A DNA stretch of 64,000 bases, taken from NCBI RefSeq assembly GCF_006345805.1, contig NC_043011.1, positions 44,218,464 to 44,282,463 on the forward strand. Reading direction: 5' to 3'. Below, piece after piece: positions 1 to 13,769 of this stretch. A program made the position numbers and the translations under genes. Numbering within the stretch: position 1 is the stretch's first letter; each line of letters begins with the position of its first letter. The DNA comes from Octopus sinensis. Its lineage: Eukaryota. Under the pieces are notes generated by a model. It did not search any database, was not told the DNA's origin, and saw only the letters and a program-made list of their open reading frames with translations.

Positions 1-462
1 CTTGAAAAAATTGCAAAAATCGATTCCAGGTGAGAATGTGATCGATAAAGCCGTGGGAACATGCATTTGTACACGCAAGTACATCAGCTGTTATGATCAA
101 TACTACGCACACACGAGAAAAATGCACATGCAGTTGTTGCTTTTGTACTGTTTAAAGGCACATTTCTTTCCTGCCAAGCTTACTGTTTAAACCATGCTTG
201 TGTTCTCCCAGTCAACAGCCTTATCATTACTGGTACTTTAAACTCTTCGGTTGCATATTTGTGTGAATAAAATCGTTTTTCTTTGGAATAGAAAAAAAAC
301 GTCTATCATTATTTCTTCTTTTGCTGGTGTCTCAAATTTAGGTTAAATCAGTGTTTCTCAAAGGGGAGGCCTATGGGACGATCGGACAAGCTGTTTTGAG
401 AGAATTTGGTTTAAATGTTTGACAGCTCGGCACCGTCCATTAGACATGGAGCGTTTTGCTCG

Positions 463-495
<33 letters not shown>

Positions 496-960
496 GAGTG
501 TATTTTACCTTGTTAACAATTAACACGGATAAATGAATGAATAGTTACCAGGGCAGCAAAATCTCACAAGTAAAGATGTTGTAACTCCTTGTTTATAAAG
601 GTTGAAACTTCGTGTTTACGTTGAATATTTGAATAATAGGAATAAAAAATGGAGTCAACGCAGGTTTAAACAAGTATTTTTTCTTTCTACATCATCATCA
701 TCATCATCATCGTTTAACGTCGCTTCCGCGCTATCACGGGTTGGCACGGTTGTTGACCGGGTCTGGGAAGCCAGGGGCCGCTCCAGGCTCCAGTCTGAAT
801 CTGGCAGTTTTCTACGGCTGGATGCCCTTCCAACGCCAACCACTCCGTGAGTGGATTGGGTGCTTTTTACGTGCCACCTGCACAGGGGCCGGAGGGTCCG
901 GCATCGTCACGATCGATTCGAGCATTTTACGTTGTCAGCGGCACGGGGGCAAACGAGGTC

Positions 961-1415
961 CGGGGTACTTTGGGGACTGGGGTATTTTGGGGATCCGGGG
1001 TACTTTGGGGATCCGGGGTATTTAGAATGGGTAGGGGGGTACTTAGAATGGGTAGGGGGGTACTTAGAATGGGTAGGTGACGAGGCGGGAGGGTACTAAA
1101 AGGGGATGGTCGGATTGAGGCAGTGGTCAGGAGGAAGCGTAAGATCGGTGGGCAGTTGATGAGCTATGGCGCTAGCAGCTTGTCTTAAGCATATGAGGAG
1201 AAGTGGTAGTGGGAGGAGGAGGAGGGAGTAGGCGGTACCCAGTGTAGATGAGTAAGGTGTATCCGTGTAGATAGAGAGAACGGGGTATACTGGTATTGGT
1301 GGTGGGGGGGGTGAGAACAGTGTTCAACGGTATTGGTGGTGGGGGTGAGAACAGTGTTCAACGGTTATTGGTGGTGGGGGTGAGAACAGTGTTCAACGGT
1401 ATTGGTGGTGGGGGT
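961..1415. repeat. G-rich short tandem repeats (~18-21-bp and ~31-bp units)
   Basis: Repeated ggggtactttggggatcc, ttagaatgggtagggggg and ggtgagaacagtgttcaacggtattggtggt units. Confidence 0.8.
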
Positions 1416-1430
1416 GGGGGGGCGGGCGCA

Positions 1431-1981
1431 CCGCCAATGACTGAAAGATGGGAAAAAATGGGATTACGGCTTGAGGCAGCCTGCGGTTAAATATTGTAGA
1501 GAGAGAGATAGGAAGATAAATCAAGTTATGGCGAAGGCTTGAAAGTATCTTAAAAAGGTTAAATTTCGTAACAGTGTATGAATAAACGTATTAACAACGA
1601 ATAAAAAAATATAGTAAGATAAATTTTTTAAGAACTTGCTGCGGTCATCGAGCGGGAGTTGAAATTGAAGAAGAAAGTAGTTGAACTGGAATTTAAATTG
1701 CAGAATCGTAATAGTAATAGTAATGGCGGTTTTCAATTTTAGCATATGAAGAAGAAGAGGAGAAAAAGAAGACCGCCAATGACTGAAAGATGGGAAAAAG
1801 ATGGGATTACGGCTTGAGGCAGCCTGCGGTTAAATATTGTTGAGAGAGAGATAGGAAGATAAATCAAGTTATGGCGAAGGCTTGAAAGTATCTTAAAAAA
1901 GGTTAAATTTCGTAACAGTGTATGAATAAACGTATTAACACGAATAAAAAAAAATATAGTAAGATAAATTTTTTAAGAACT
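1431..1981. repeat. ~205-bp direct duplication (1431-1636 and 1773-1981)
   Basis: Near-identical ccgccaatgactgaaagatggg...ttttaagaactt copies. Confidence 0.9.
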
Positions 1982-2642
1982 TCAAAAATTCCACTGATAC
2001 TTATTCTTTTGAATAAGTATCAGTGGAATTTTTGAAACATATGTAGAAAGAAAAAATACTTGTTTAAACCTGCGTTGACTCCATTTTTTATTCCTATATA
2101 TATATATATATATATATACATATACAATGAACATCCACACAATTTCCTTTGCCAACTATCAAATCTACTGACAAGGATTTGGCTAGGCCAGGGCTGTAGT
2201 CAAAGACACTAGTAGCCCTGGGTGCTGCACATTGGGACTGAACCTAAGACCACATGGTTCGGTAGCAAGCTTCTCAACTTCACAGCCATGCTTTCATCTA
2301 CAGGAATGTTTGTAGCCCAATGACATCTTTGTGCAATGGCTTGTGTCTTGTGTAGCATACAGCAAGATGTGACATATCTACAATATCAACAGTAAGGTCC
2401 CAGTCATGCGCTGGGGTTTAACCTGTATCCTCTCTCCTAAATTGTCTCACCAATTAATACAGTCATCGTTATTAATGGTACTGGCAAAACAGCAAGCTGG
2501 CAGAATCATTAGCACACACTGGACAAAATTCTTTGCAGAATTTCTTTGAGCTTTGCATTCTAAGTTCAAATTCTTCTGAGGTCAACTTTGCCTTTCATCC
2601 TTTGAGGGTCAATAATATAAGTACCAGTGGAACACCACATTG

Positions 2643-2981
2643 AGACCTCCTTTGGTCATGATTGACCATGGAATTGCACCTAGAAAGTTACCCTCCCAGA
2701 CACAAGTCGGGCCAAGGTTGTTTATGGAAGACCAGCAGTCACCCATGCATACTAGCCTCCCCTCTCTCCACACCACTGATGTTATCCAAGGGAAAGGCAA
2801 AGGGGCCGATACAGCTTGGTACCAGTGACGCCACATCTCATTTCTACAGCTGAGTGAACTGGAGCAACGTGAAATAAAGTGTCTTGATCATGAACACAAC
2901 ACGCTACCCGGTCCAGGATTCGAACTCACAACCTCACGATCATAAGCTTGACGCTCTAATCACTGAGCCATGCACCTTCAC
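2643..2981 (-). mobile_element. tRNA-derived SINE (family B), nested in a family A SINE
   Basis: tRNA-like head with A/B boxes on the minus strand; related copies at 17655-17910(+), 23180-23519(-), 47800-48123(+); host SINE resumes at ~2983. Confidence 0.8.
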
Positions 2982-3815
2982 TAGAACATCAGGATCAGTG
3001 TAATTGACTAGTTCTTTCCCCACAAACCCCCAAATTTCAGGCATTGTACCCATAGTAGATAGGATTATTAACAGTTCTGTTAAGGCAGAAGCCTCTGGCA
3101 GCTTGCTTCCTTCAAAGAACCATTAGCAGGCGAAATGCTTAGCAGTATTTCTTCCTGTTACAGATGTTTTCTGAGTTCAAATACCATTGAGGGTGACTTT
3201 GCTTTTCATCCATTTGGGGGTGAATAAAGAATGTACCAGTCAAGCATTGGGGGTTGATGTAATCAACTTATAGTTTCTCACTAAGATTGCTGGCCTTGTG
3301 CCAAAATTTGAAACTATTATTAATGGTGTTGTTAATTACTGTGCTAATGTGTAGATTTTGTGTTCAAATCCCAATGTGGTCTATATTAATTTCATCCTCC
3401 TAGGGTCACTTCAGTCCACTACATCTTTGACCTTTTTGGTTCAAAATTTAGAAATCATTAGAATTTTATTTTTGTTGAGTTTGTGTGTGTGTGTGTGTGT
3501 ATGCATGTGTGTGTGTCTATGTATGTATGTACATGTATGCTTATGTAAATGTGTTTGTGTATGTATATGTGTGTGTGTTTGTCTTTGTATCCCCATGTGT
3601 GTCTGTGTATATATGTCTATGCACATGTGCTTCTGTGTATGTATGTACATCTGTATGCACATGAGTTTGTGTATGTGTGCTTATAAGGGTATGCGTATCT
3701 GTATGCATTTGTATATTTGTGTGTCTATGTATGTATGTATTTTGTATGTACACGTGTGCTTATGCAAATGTGTCTCTATGTATATGTGTTTGTGTGTGTG
3801 TGTGTGTGTGTGTAG

Positions 3816-3954
3816 GGAAGTTGTTCCCTATTATAGTAGTCGTAATAATATCAGATCAGAGATCCAGGCGGCAGCCAACCACATATTTGACACATTCTTA
3901 ACGCATCAGTTCCGCGGCTTGTTAATTAACATAGAAATGTTGAGCCGTTGCTAG
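3816..3954 (+). CDS. Candidate alternative terminal exon (R)EVVPYYSSRNNIRSEIQAAANHIFDTFLTHQFRGLLINIEMLSRC*
   Basis: (TG)n-tag| acceptor; phase 2, same as the 29537 acceptor; 45 codons of non-repetitive sequence, then TAG. Confidence 0.45.
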
Positions 3955-6070
3955 CAGTATGCCTGGATAACTGTCACAGACACCCCACAGGTCTCTATCT
4001 GTCTGTCTGTCTGTCTGTTTGTCCGCCCTGTTTGTCAATTGACTCGTAATTATAGTCGTGGTGCTGTCACATCCGTCCTGCCTGAGGAATCTTCGCTTTT
4101 CTAATTTCTCTGTAAGGGGTCCATCTCTGTCTTTCCTTAACCATTCACCACCGCCGCCACCACCATTCCATACAGGGAGCATTACTAATGAAGGTGATGG
4201 TGGTAGCAATGGTTATGTATAGTCTTAACAGTAAGAGTATGGTGGTGGGGGGGTGCCCTCAAAGATAGGACTTTATAGTGTAACCAACCCTTTCATTATT
4301 TAAACATACCAGAAACTAACACCAAGGGACACCTCCGCCTTCTCTTATTTCTCCTATCTTGTAATAGAAACATTTCTGATGACCTCTTATTATGGCATTT
4401 CTGTTATTTGTTGTATCTATATTTGTTTTGTTTATCTTTTTAATTACCATCTTTCTGACTTCTGTTGTTGTTGTTGTTGGTTTGGTCTTTCATAATTTGG
4501 TTTGCTCTGCTTTTTCCCTCAGCCTTACAAAAACAAACTGAACCTTCACTTACAGATATAATCATTGTTGTTCTTGTTACTACTTATCATTGTTGTTAAC
4601 ATTGTTATATTTATTTTCGTTTTGGTCTTTGTTTTTTTTTTTCATCTCTTACCTCCTCATTCTACACTCCATATTTCATACTCCACTCTAGTGTCAACTT
4701 TACTAGTCTGTTACTCTCACCACTAACAACTGTAATCCTGTTCCCTTCTCATGTTGTAATCTCACTGCCTCAGATCATCACACCTGATCTCTTCTTTTCT
4801 CCCTCCATTACAGGGGCCACCTTAGGCCCTTAACATTACAAGTTATGAGGCAATCTTCACTATTACTGCTGCCAAAAAAAAAAAAGGAAAAAACAACCAG
4901 TACACTCTATAAAGTGGTTGCATTAGGAAAGGTATCCAGATATAAAAACCATGCCAAAGTAGCTACTGGAGCACAACGCTTGTCAAATCCTGTTGAAACA
5001 TCCAATCTATGCCTGAATGGAAGCTGGATGCTAAATAAGGATGATGATTATGATGAAGAAGCACTGATGATAGTGCCACATAAAATGCACCCAGTGTACT
5101 CTGTAAAGTGGTTGGTATTAGAAAGGGCATCCAACCGTAGAAACCATTGCAGAACAGACAATGGGATTTGGTGCAGCCCCAAGCCTTACCAGCTCCTGTC
5201 AAACTGTCCAACACATGCCAGCATTGAAAAGGGATGATAAATGATGGTGATGATGGACGTATGTATGTATGTATAAATTGATGGTCTGTGTTCCATAGAC
5301 CAGCAGGGGATGAGTAATGCTATGAAATAAATGTTCCTTCTTGAGCCATGCCAGGTTCATAAGGGCCGGTTTCCCAGTTTCAGTAGCATAGAAATTCCCC
5401 ACCTGGACGGGACGCTGGTCTGTCGCAGGATTACTAATTTTTGCCAGCTGAGTGGACACAATGCATCGCCCGGTCCAGGAAGCGAAACCACAACCTTATG
5501 ATCATGAGTTCAACACCCTAACCACTAAGCCATACGCCTCCACAATGCTATGAGAGCTGGAGCACAAATGAGCGAGAGCGGAGGTTGGCTATTAGAAACA
5601 TTTCAGCTGATGAATGTAGGAGAGATGACTGCAACAAGGGTGTGGATGATGTGTGTTGAGCATTGATAATGGAAGATATGTGGGTCAGAGGGATATTAAA
5701 GGAAGCAGTGGTGGAATTATGGAATTAGTTCTGGTGAAGATAGGGCACCCCCCATAGATGCAGTAGCACAAAATTGAAATGAATGATGGACAGAAAACCT
5801 GTGAAGCAAATGTTGTTAGAGATGTTGGTGGTATATAATGGAACTTTCCTGTTGTAAATAACAGATAAAGGTTCTGCAGCTTTTTGCTAAGCATCCTACA
5901 CAGATGGCTTGTTTAGTGATCAAATATTTGTGTTGTATATTAGACTACTTTCTCTTTTTCTCCATTAAATTGGCATTACTTATGTAAGTGCTACACAGTG
6001 TGCTATATATCAGTTGTAGCCTTGTGGATAGGGTATTGCACTGACGATTGCAAGATTAAGGTTTCAATTC

Positions 6071-6303
6071 AAGGCGGCGAGCTGGCAGAAACATTAGCAC
6101 GCTGGGCAAAATGCTTAGCAGTATTTCGTTTGCCGCTACATTCTGCTACAAATTCTGCTGAGTTCGACTTTGCCTTTCATCCTTTCAGGGTTGATAAATT
6201 AAGTACCAGTTACGCACTGGGGTTGATATAATCGACTTTATCCTTTTTGCTTGTCCTTGTATGTCCCTTCTCTGTGTAGCCCCTTGTGGCAGTAAAGAAA
6301 TAA
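6071..6303 (+). mobile_element. tRNA-derived SINE (family A; ggcgagctggcagaa...gactttgcctttcatcctttcggggtcgataaa), representative copy
   Basis: More than 15 related copies in the window (e.g. 10960-11186-, 25555-25930, 42015-42430, 55845-56050); often next to (ATT)n. Confidence 0.8.
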
Positions 6304-6554
6304 GATTAAGGTTTCAATTCCAAGGCTGGACAGTGCATTGTGTTCTTGAGCAAAAGCAAAGAAAATAAAAAACAAAATAACAAGCACCTAATTTCACATT
6401 GCTTTGATGGTATATACCATGCACGGGCAACTTTCTTTTGAGGAATGTTCTACATGAGAACTGGCTCAGCATCAGATGAGCTGCACTACAAAAAAATATG
6501 AAGATAATTTTTCATTTGGTGTGCCATAAGAAAGTCTTACAGACCACTGTTTAA

Positions 6555-6800
6555 TTGGCATGTAAAAAACATCATTTGAGCATGGTCGTTGCCAGTACCG
6601 CCTGACTGGCCCTCGTGCCTGTGGCACGTAAAAGCACCCACTACACTCTCGGAGTGGTTGGCATTAGGAAGGGCATCCAGCTGTAGAAACTCTGCCAGAT
6701 CAAGATTGGAGCCTGGTGCAGCCATCTGGTTTGCCAGTCCTCAGTCAAATCGTCCAACCCATGCTAGCATGGAAAGCAGACGTTAAACGATGATGATGAT
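6555..6800 (+). mobile_element. SINE/LINE 3'-tail repeat (family D) ending in (GAT)n
   Basis: gcattaggaagggcatccagctgtagaaac...cgttaaacgatgatgat; copies at 690-950, 9836-10205, 50580-51000, 59140-59325. Confidence 0.75.
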
Positions 6801-7866
6801 GTGTTTATCAACCTTAGTCCTTACTTTTAGCAATTACCTTTCACTGACATTTTCCACTCTAGTTTCATGCCTGAGTGGCTAGCAGTAGGAAGGACATCTA
6901 CAACAACTTATTCAGCCAATAAACCTGCATATTCATTAGAACCAGAACAATCTGAGGTGATGATGACACAGTAGAGATGATGAAAATAGATGAATGTTTA
7001 GAATTTCCTGGCTAAAAATATGGCATAAGTCAGGAAACAGTGGTTTGTGTTGAGTCTAGAATAGCAACACATCTTTTTGATTTATAATTGTTTATTTTTA
7101 TACAGTGCTCAACTTGTTTAGTCGTTGGTGAACTTGCTTTGACCAGAATTATGATTAAATATGTTTTCCAGCTATGATAATCCTGTCTTTCTATAGAATA
7201 TTGTATACCTAGCACTACATTTTCCAATATGGCCCTTTCTCTTCAAGATAGTAGGATTTCTTTGATATGAGGGGCTGATTTGGCTGCTATCTCTCATAAA
7301 CTAATATATTCCAGTGATATTTGATATATATATATATATATATATATATTAGTTTGCAGTGGTGTGTGTAAGCATGTATATATAACACACAAACACTATA
7401 ATAGTCTATATGTCTATATGTTTATGTATGTGTATATACACATACACACCCACAGATATATATATATATATACAGCACTATGTGGAGGTGTACTAACAAT
7501 AAGCATTTGTGTGAATATAATCATCTTCATCACACACACACACACACATACACACATGCATATATCTACAGAGATATGTATGATGTATAACAGATACAGT
7601 AGCATACACAATACACAGCAATATGTAGTGGTGTGTGTGTGTGTGTGTTGTATACACACATACATAAATACTACATTACAATGCACAGTGGCACATATAA
7701 TATGTAGCACTGTGTGTGTGTGAGAAGGAGTGTGTATGTGTGTTTGTGTGTGTGTATATGCAGAGGCAACATTCATTAATTGCTATGTGGTAGTTTCAGT
7801 ACCAAACACATCTGATGGTATTGTCACTTCCTTCTCTTTCTTTCTCTCATTCTCTGCATATGCGTT

Positions 7867-7903
<37 letters not shown>

Positions 7904-8489
7904 CACTGAAAGAGAAAGTGAAAGTAGCATTCCTGTTCCTCAACAATTATGATAATGGTTATGAAGAAACAATATCTGTGTGAGCGAATGGAGCAAGGAG
8001 TAAGAGAAAGACAGAGGATATTTGCAAGCCTTCCATGCCTCTTGTCTGTTCGCGATGATGATGAGGATGCTGATGAGGATGAGGATGATGATGATGATGA
8101 TGATCTCTCAGAATACCACCCCCTCTCTCTTCCACCCCCCTCTCTCTCTCTCTCTTTCTTCTTTGTGTGAATGAGAGACAAGTATTCTTGTTTTCTAGCA
8201 ATGAGGATGAGCTATGATGTCCTTGTCAATAATAATAAAACTGCAATGCACACACACACATACACACACGCACACACCTTCGTACACACACACGCACACA
8301 CCCTTGCCATTGACCTACCCACTTGCCTACCCCCTTTGCATTGTATTATTATTATTATTATTATTAGTAGTAGTAGTAATAATAGTAGCAATGGTAGTAG
8401 TAGTAGTTGTTGTTGTAGTAAAACCTTATATTAAGAGGACATCTTCAATCAGCTGCTGCTGCCTCTACAGGACACACAGTGGTTGCACT

Positions 8490-9180
8490 GCGGCATATAC
8501 CACCACCATCACCACCTCCTACACCACTGACACTACTAGATACTAGCACCACAACTGCTTAATAATACAACCATTATTATCATCAACACCGCCGCACTAC
8601 CACCAACACAACTACCCACTCACTTATCACCACTACTGCTGCTTCTACCACTGCCACCGCCACTACAACCACTACCACCAACACCAACACCACTACAACT
8701 AACACCACTACCCACATCATCACTACTACTGCTACTACAGCTAACACCACTACCACCAACACCATAACTCACTTATTACCACTACTACTACGACTACCAC
8801 CAACACTACTACTACCACTACTACTATAATTACTGCTTGCACTACTACTACCACCACCACTCCTCACATCATTACTACTACTACTACCGCCACAACACTA
8901 TGCATATCACTACTACTATTACCACTACTACCAACACCACTACCCATATCACTGCTACTTCTACCATCACAGCTACTACCACTAATACGGCTATTCACAT
9001 TATGACTACCATCACCATTACCACAACCACTACAACAACTGTCACCTGTACTACCAGCACTGGGAGTATTACTATCAGCACTACAACCACCACCACCACC
9101 ACTACTACCAACACTATCACCACAACTTTCATCATTCATACCACTACTGCCCACACAAATTCCACCACCACCACTGTAAT
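8490..9180. repeat. Degenerate (CAC/TAC)n low-complexity tract
   Basis: ACC/ACT trinucleotide mosaic that produces spurious poly-Thr ORFs. Confidence 0.85.
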
Positions 9181-9523
9181 TATGAAAATAATAAGATGAA
9201 AGGAAGAGAGAGATGGGAGGGGTGCAGTTGGATGTGGGTGGTTGTGGGGTAAGTGGTACTAGTGATTGTAGTAGTGGTAGTAGTATGCTAGTGGTGGGGT
9301 AAGTTGGGTAATTTTAATTAGTTTTCATAAAGAAAATACAGCTGTGTCGGTGCAGGCATGGCTGTGTGGTTAAGAAGCTTGGTTTGGAACCAGGTGGTTT
9401 CAGGTTCAGTCCCACTGCCTGCTACTGTCCTGTGTGGGCCAACCAGTGCTTTGTGAGTGAATATGATTGACAGAATCTATGTGGAAGCCTGTCAAATATA
9501 TGTCTGTCTGTTTGTCTAGCTAC

Positions 9524-9555
<32 letters not shown>

Positions 9556-9563
9556 ATATATAT

Positions 9564-9595
<32 letters not shown>

Positions 9596-9800
9596 CACAC
9601 ACATATATATATATATGCACACATAGATATATATTTCTGTGTGACTTAGAGGTTGAGAAACCAACTAAGGAATAGTACCTATCCATATACTGCTGGTAGT
9701 GTACCCAGTTATTCATAGCCAAGTGCTAGTTATTGCATGGCAATCTCACAATTTAGTATTATATATGTAAACCACTTTTTACCTCCGCCCATATTTAACA

Positions 9801-9839
<39 letters not shown>

Positions 9840-11199
9840 TCGTCATCATCATCTTCGTTTAGCATCCACTTTCCATGCTAGCATGGGTTGGACGGTTCAA
9901 CTGGGGCCTGGGAAGCCAGAAGGCTGCACCAGGCCCAGTCTGATCTGGCAATGATTCTACGGCTGGATGCCCTTCTTAACGCCAACCATTCCGTGAGTGT
10001 AGTGGGTGCTTTTTACGTGCCAGACAAGGCTGGCAAATGGCCACGATCGGATGGTGCTTTTTACGTGCCACCAGCACGGGGCCAGGTGAGGCTGGCAACG
10101 GCCACAATCGGATGGTGCTTCTTACGAGGCCAGTCGGGGCGGCGCTGGCAACGGCCACGTTCGGATGGTTCTCTTACGTATCACCGGCACTGGTATCACA
10201 GCTGCAATATATATATATATATATATATACACTCACGTATAAACATCATCATCATCATCATTTAACATCTGCTATCCTATGTGTCAAACGGAGTTCATTG
10301 AAGCAGATTTTCTATGGCCGGATGCCCTTCCTGTCACCAACTATCACCTGTTTCCAAGCAAGATAATATTCCCTTATAGCCAGGCATAGGGGGCATGAAT
10401 GTCACCACTTATATGATGACGACACTCATTTACAACAAATATTATGCAATGTCAAAGCAAGGAGACACACACACACAGATATACGATGGACTTCTGTCAG
10501 TTTCTGCCTGTCAAATCCACTCACAAGGCTTTGGTTGGCCCGAGTTTGTAGTAGAAGACACACTTACCCAAGGTGCCATGCAGTGTGACTGAACCCAGAA
10601 CCATGTGGTTGAGATGCAAACGTCTTACCACACAGCTATGCCTGTCACCTGCACATATATATACCTATATATATATATATATATATCCACACACACACAC
10701 ACACTCACACATGTATACCAATGTGTTGTGTAATGTATCTTTGTGTTTGTCTCCACCAGTTGACAATCTGAACTGGTTTGTTTACATCCTTATAACTTAG
10801 CAGTTTGGCAAAAAGACCGATAGAATAATTACTAGGCTTAAAAGTGAATACTGGGGTCAGTTTCTTTAACTTTATCCTCAAAGGTAGCGCTTCAGCACAG
10901 TTGCTGTCCTATGACTGAAATAAGTAAAGGATAAAAACAATAATGGTTCTGATAACAATTCTTATTTCTTTACTGCCCACAATGGGCTAAACATAGAGGG
11001 GACAAACACGGACAGACAAAGGGATTAAGAAGATTACATCGACCCCAGTGCATAACTGGTACTTAATTTATTGACCCTGAAAGGATGAAAAGCAAAGTCG
11101 ACCTCAGCAGAATTTGAACTCGGAACATAACGGCAGACGAAATACTGCTAAGCATCATGGTAACGATTCTGCCAGCTCACCACCTTAAATTCTGATAAC

Positions 11200-11850
11200 T
11201 CTTCTGTTGACCTCACTACAATAGACAGGGTACAAAATAAACCACCACCCCCTCTCTCTTTACAAAAGATGTACTACTAACTATCTTCCTACCTCTACAA
11301 CAAACTGAAGTACCAACTGCCTCTTTCTCTACAACAGACGTGGTACTAACTACACCTCTCTACAACAGATGCATGAGATGTACCAACTCTCTATGCCTCT
11401 CTTCTCGCTCTCTCTCTGCCACTCTTCTCTCTCTCTCTCTGCCTCTCTTCTCTCTCTCTCTCTGCAACTGACACAGGGTACCAAATACATCCCTCTCTCT
11501 CTGCACCAAACTCGTAGTACCAACTGTCTCTGTCTCTACAACAGATGTGGTGCTAACTATTCCACCTCTCTCTCCCTCTACAACAGACACATGAGACCTA
11601 CCACCTCTCTCTCTCTCACTCCCTCTCTCACTCTCTCTCTCTCTCACTCTCTTTCTGTCACTCTCTCTCTCTCTGCCTCTCTTTCTCTTTGCAACAGACA
11701 CTGGGTACCAACTACCTCCCTCTCTCTGTAACAGACTCGTAGTACCAACTACCTACCTCTTTCTCTCCCCTTTTTATCCCTCTACAACAGATGTAGTAGT
11801 ACCAGTTGCCTCCCTCTCTCTCTCTCTCTCTAACATGTGGTACCAACCAC
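11200..11850. repeat. Degenerate minisatellite (ctctacaacagatgtggtaccaactacctc) interleaved with (CT)n
   Basis: About 10 recurring ctacaacaga...gtaccaacta units. Confidence 0.75.
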
Positions 11851-13725
11851 TCAATTCTCTTTATGCATACAACAAGCATCTGCAACTGCACAAATAGCCC
11901 CCTCCCTCAAAGCCTCTTCAAGTTCAAGCCCTCACCATCAATGTGTGTCTTTCCTGGTGACCACACGTCCTTAACATAACAAGAACTGCATCTCAAAGAC
12001 TGGCCTTCCTCTGTGGAATAATGAAAGGAATGGTGGTAGTGGTGGTGGTGATGTTGGTGTTGATGATGATGATGATTGTGTTGACAATGCTAATGGTGTT
12101 TTGTTGAGACAACGGTTCCGTTCCAGTTACTATTTAATAAAGCCATTTATATTGTTTCTTACTTCAACTGTTCTAGTTGGCAGAGTGATAGAAGGAGAAG
12201 GCAGAGCAGGCATGGAATGAGGGTTAGGGGTCTTTTATCATTTGAGTGAAGACCTAAAAGAAAAAAAAAATTGCTTCTTGAAGTGGTTAGCATTAGGAAC
12301 AGCATCCAGCCATAGACACCATGCCAAAACTGATATGAAGCACCGGGACAAGACACGAACACCACACACACACATACACACACAAGCCTAGTCAGATGTT
12401 AACCAATGATGATTAACGATGATGGTGATGATGATGATGATGATGATGATGAAGAATCATGTTTCTGCTGTAGAGATGGAGGAAATAGAAAGAGACAGGA
12501 TTGGTTGGTTATTGCTATTGATGTTGTCTTATGGACAAAATTATTTTCAGATAGTGATGGTGTTTGGGCTGGTTGATGATAAAATTGGGCTTGGCCAAAG
12601 GATAATAAAGAATTACAATAGAGCAATGAGATGGGAAGGAAGATGAGAAAGAGAGAGATAGGCAATGGAGGTGAACGAAAATAAATGGGATATGATGGGA
12701 TTTACAGTTTACCAATGTGTAAGGTATTGATGCATAATTATCATCAATATCACCATTTTTGCCATTATCGTCATCCTCATCATCAACATGAGGTGTTGTT
12801 GTTGCCTTGATTCTATCTGCCTTGATTCTGCAGACTTACCGTATTTTCCAGCGTACAAGCCAAATTTTTCAGACCATAATTGACAGACAAAACAACTTAG
12901 GTTGACTTTTGCACCAAGATGACTTTGTAGGGCTGAAAATTCCATGTGAAATGCAACAGGACTTGGAAAGATGGTGACGGTGTTGTTTGCACTACACACT
13001 ACATTGGCTTGTGTGCCAGAAAGTACAGGATGGTCAATGATCTTCCAGTTGTGACCACCCTGTATTTTGCGGATCTTTGTTAAGATGACAAAGGTGTGAT
13101 TTGAGGGCTTTTGGTTGGTGTTTTTAGTGGTGGTGGTGGTATTTGGGCAATGTAGAATAAAGATGTGACACACACACACACTGACAGACATTTTGTACAA
13201 GATGGGGTTCTCTTCATGTCATAGGTTCAATTCCAGCTCTCAACCGTTATTTTGCTTAAGTATAACTGGAAGCCTTGGAGCAGGGAGGGAGGATGTTGAT
13301 GCTGGATAACCACCAACACCACAATCATCATCAACACTACAACCATTAATATCATAAGGACCACACTAACACAACCAGTACCCTGCCATCAACACCACCG
13401 CTACTACCACTACCGACCCCATCTCCACCACCACAACCGCTACTATCACCAGCATCACCACCACAACATCTACCACTACCATCACCATAAACACCACTCG
13501 GTATCACAACTACAACTACCCCCCACGACCACTACCATCATTATAATCACCACTTCCACCGTCATCAATAGCTAAAACCACCACCACCACTACTACTACT
13601 ACAACCACCACTACTACCACCACGGCAGTAACACCCCCACACTCCACCCCCACTGTTTTTTCCACTTCTTCCTCGACCACCAAACAAGTAAATTCAAGAT
13701 GAACAAAATATTTATCTATGTTTGT

Positions 13726-13769
<44 letters not shown>

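Larger units (their letters stand above)
636..2097. repeat. Foldback palindrome (about 87-bp arms) whose left arm is interrupted by a ~1.29-kb composite insertion
   Basis: 636-692 plus 1981-2006 is the reverse complement of 2011-2097 around a tttt loop. Confidence 0.85.

Noticed and set aside
3358-3815. 198-aa ORF and the many other CV/YI/HT-rich ORFs in the track
   Set aside because: Translations of (TG)n, (TA)n and (CA)n microsatellites; only the 3' 45 codons of this ORF are non-repetitive
7949-8170. ORF MIMVMKKQYLCERMEQG with a possible gga|gtaaga donor
   Set aside because: Donor is phase 0 and does not fit the phase-2 acceptor at 29537; the rest is microsatellite
8490-9199. Mucin-like poly-Thr ORFs
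   Set aside because: Trinucleotide low-complexity DNA without splice or start context
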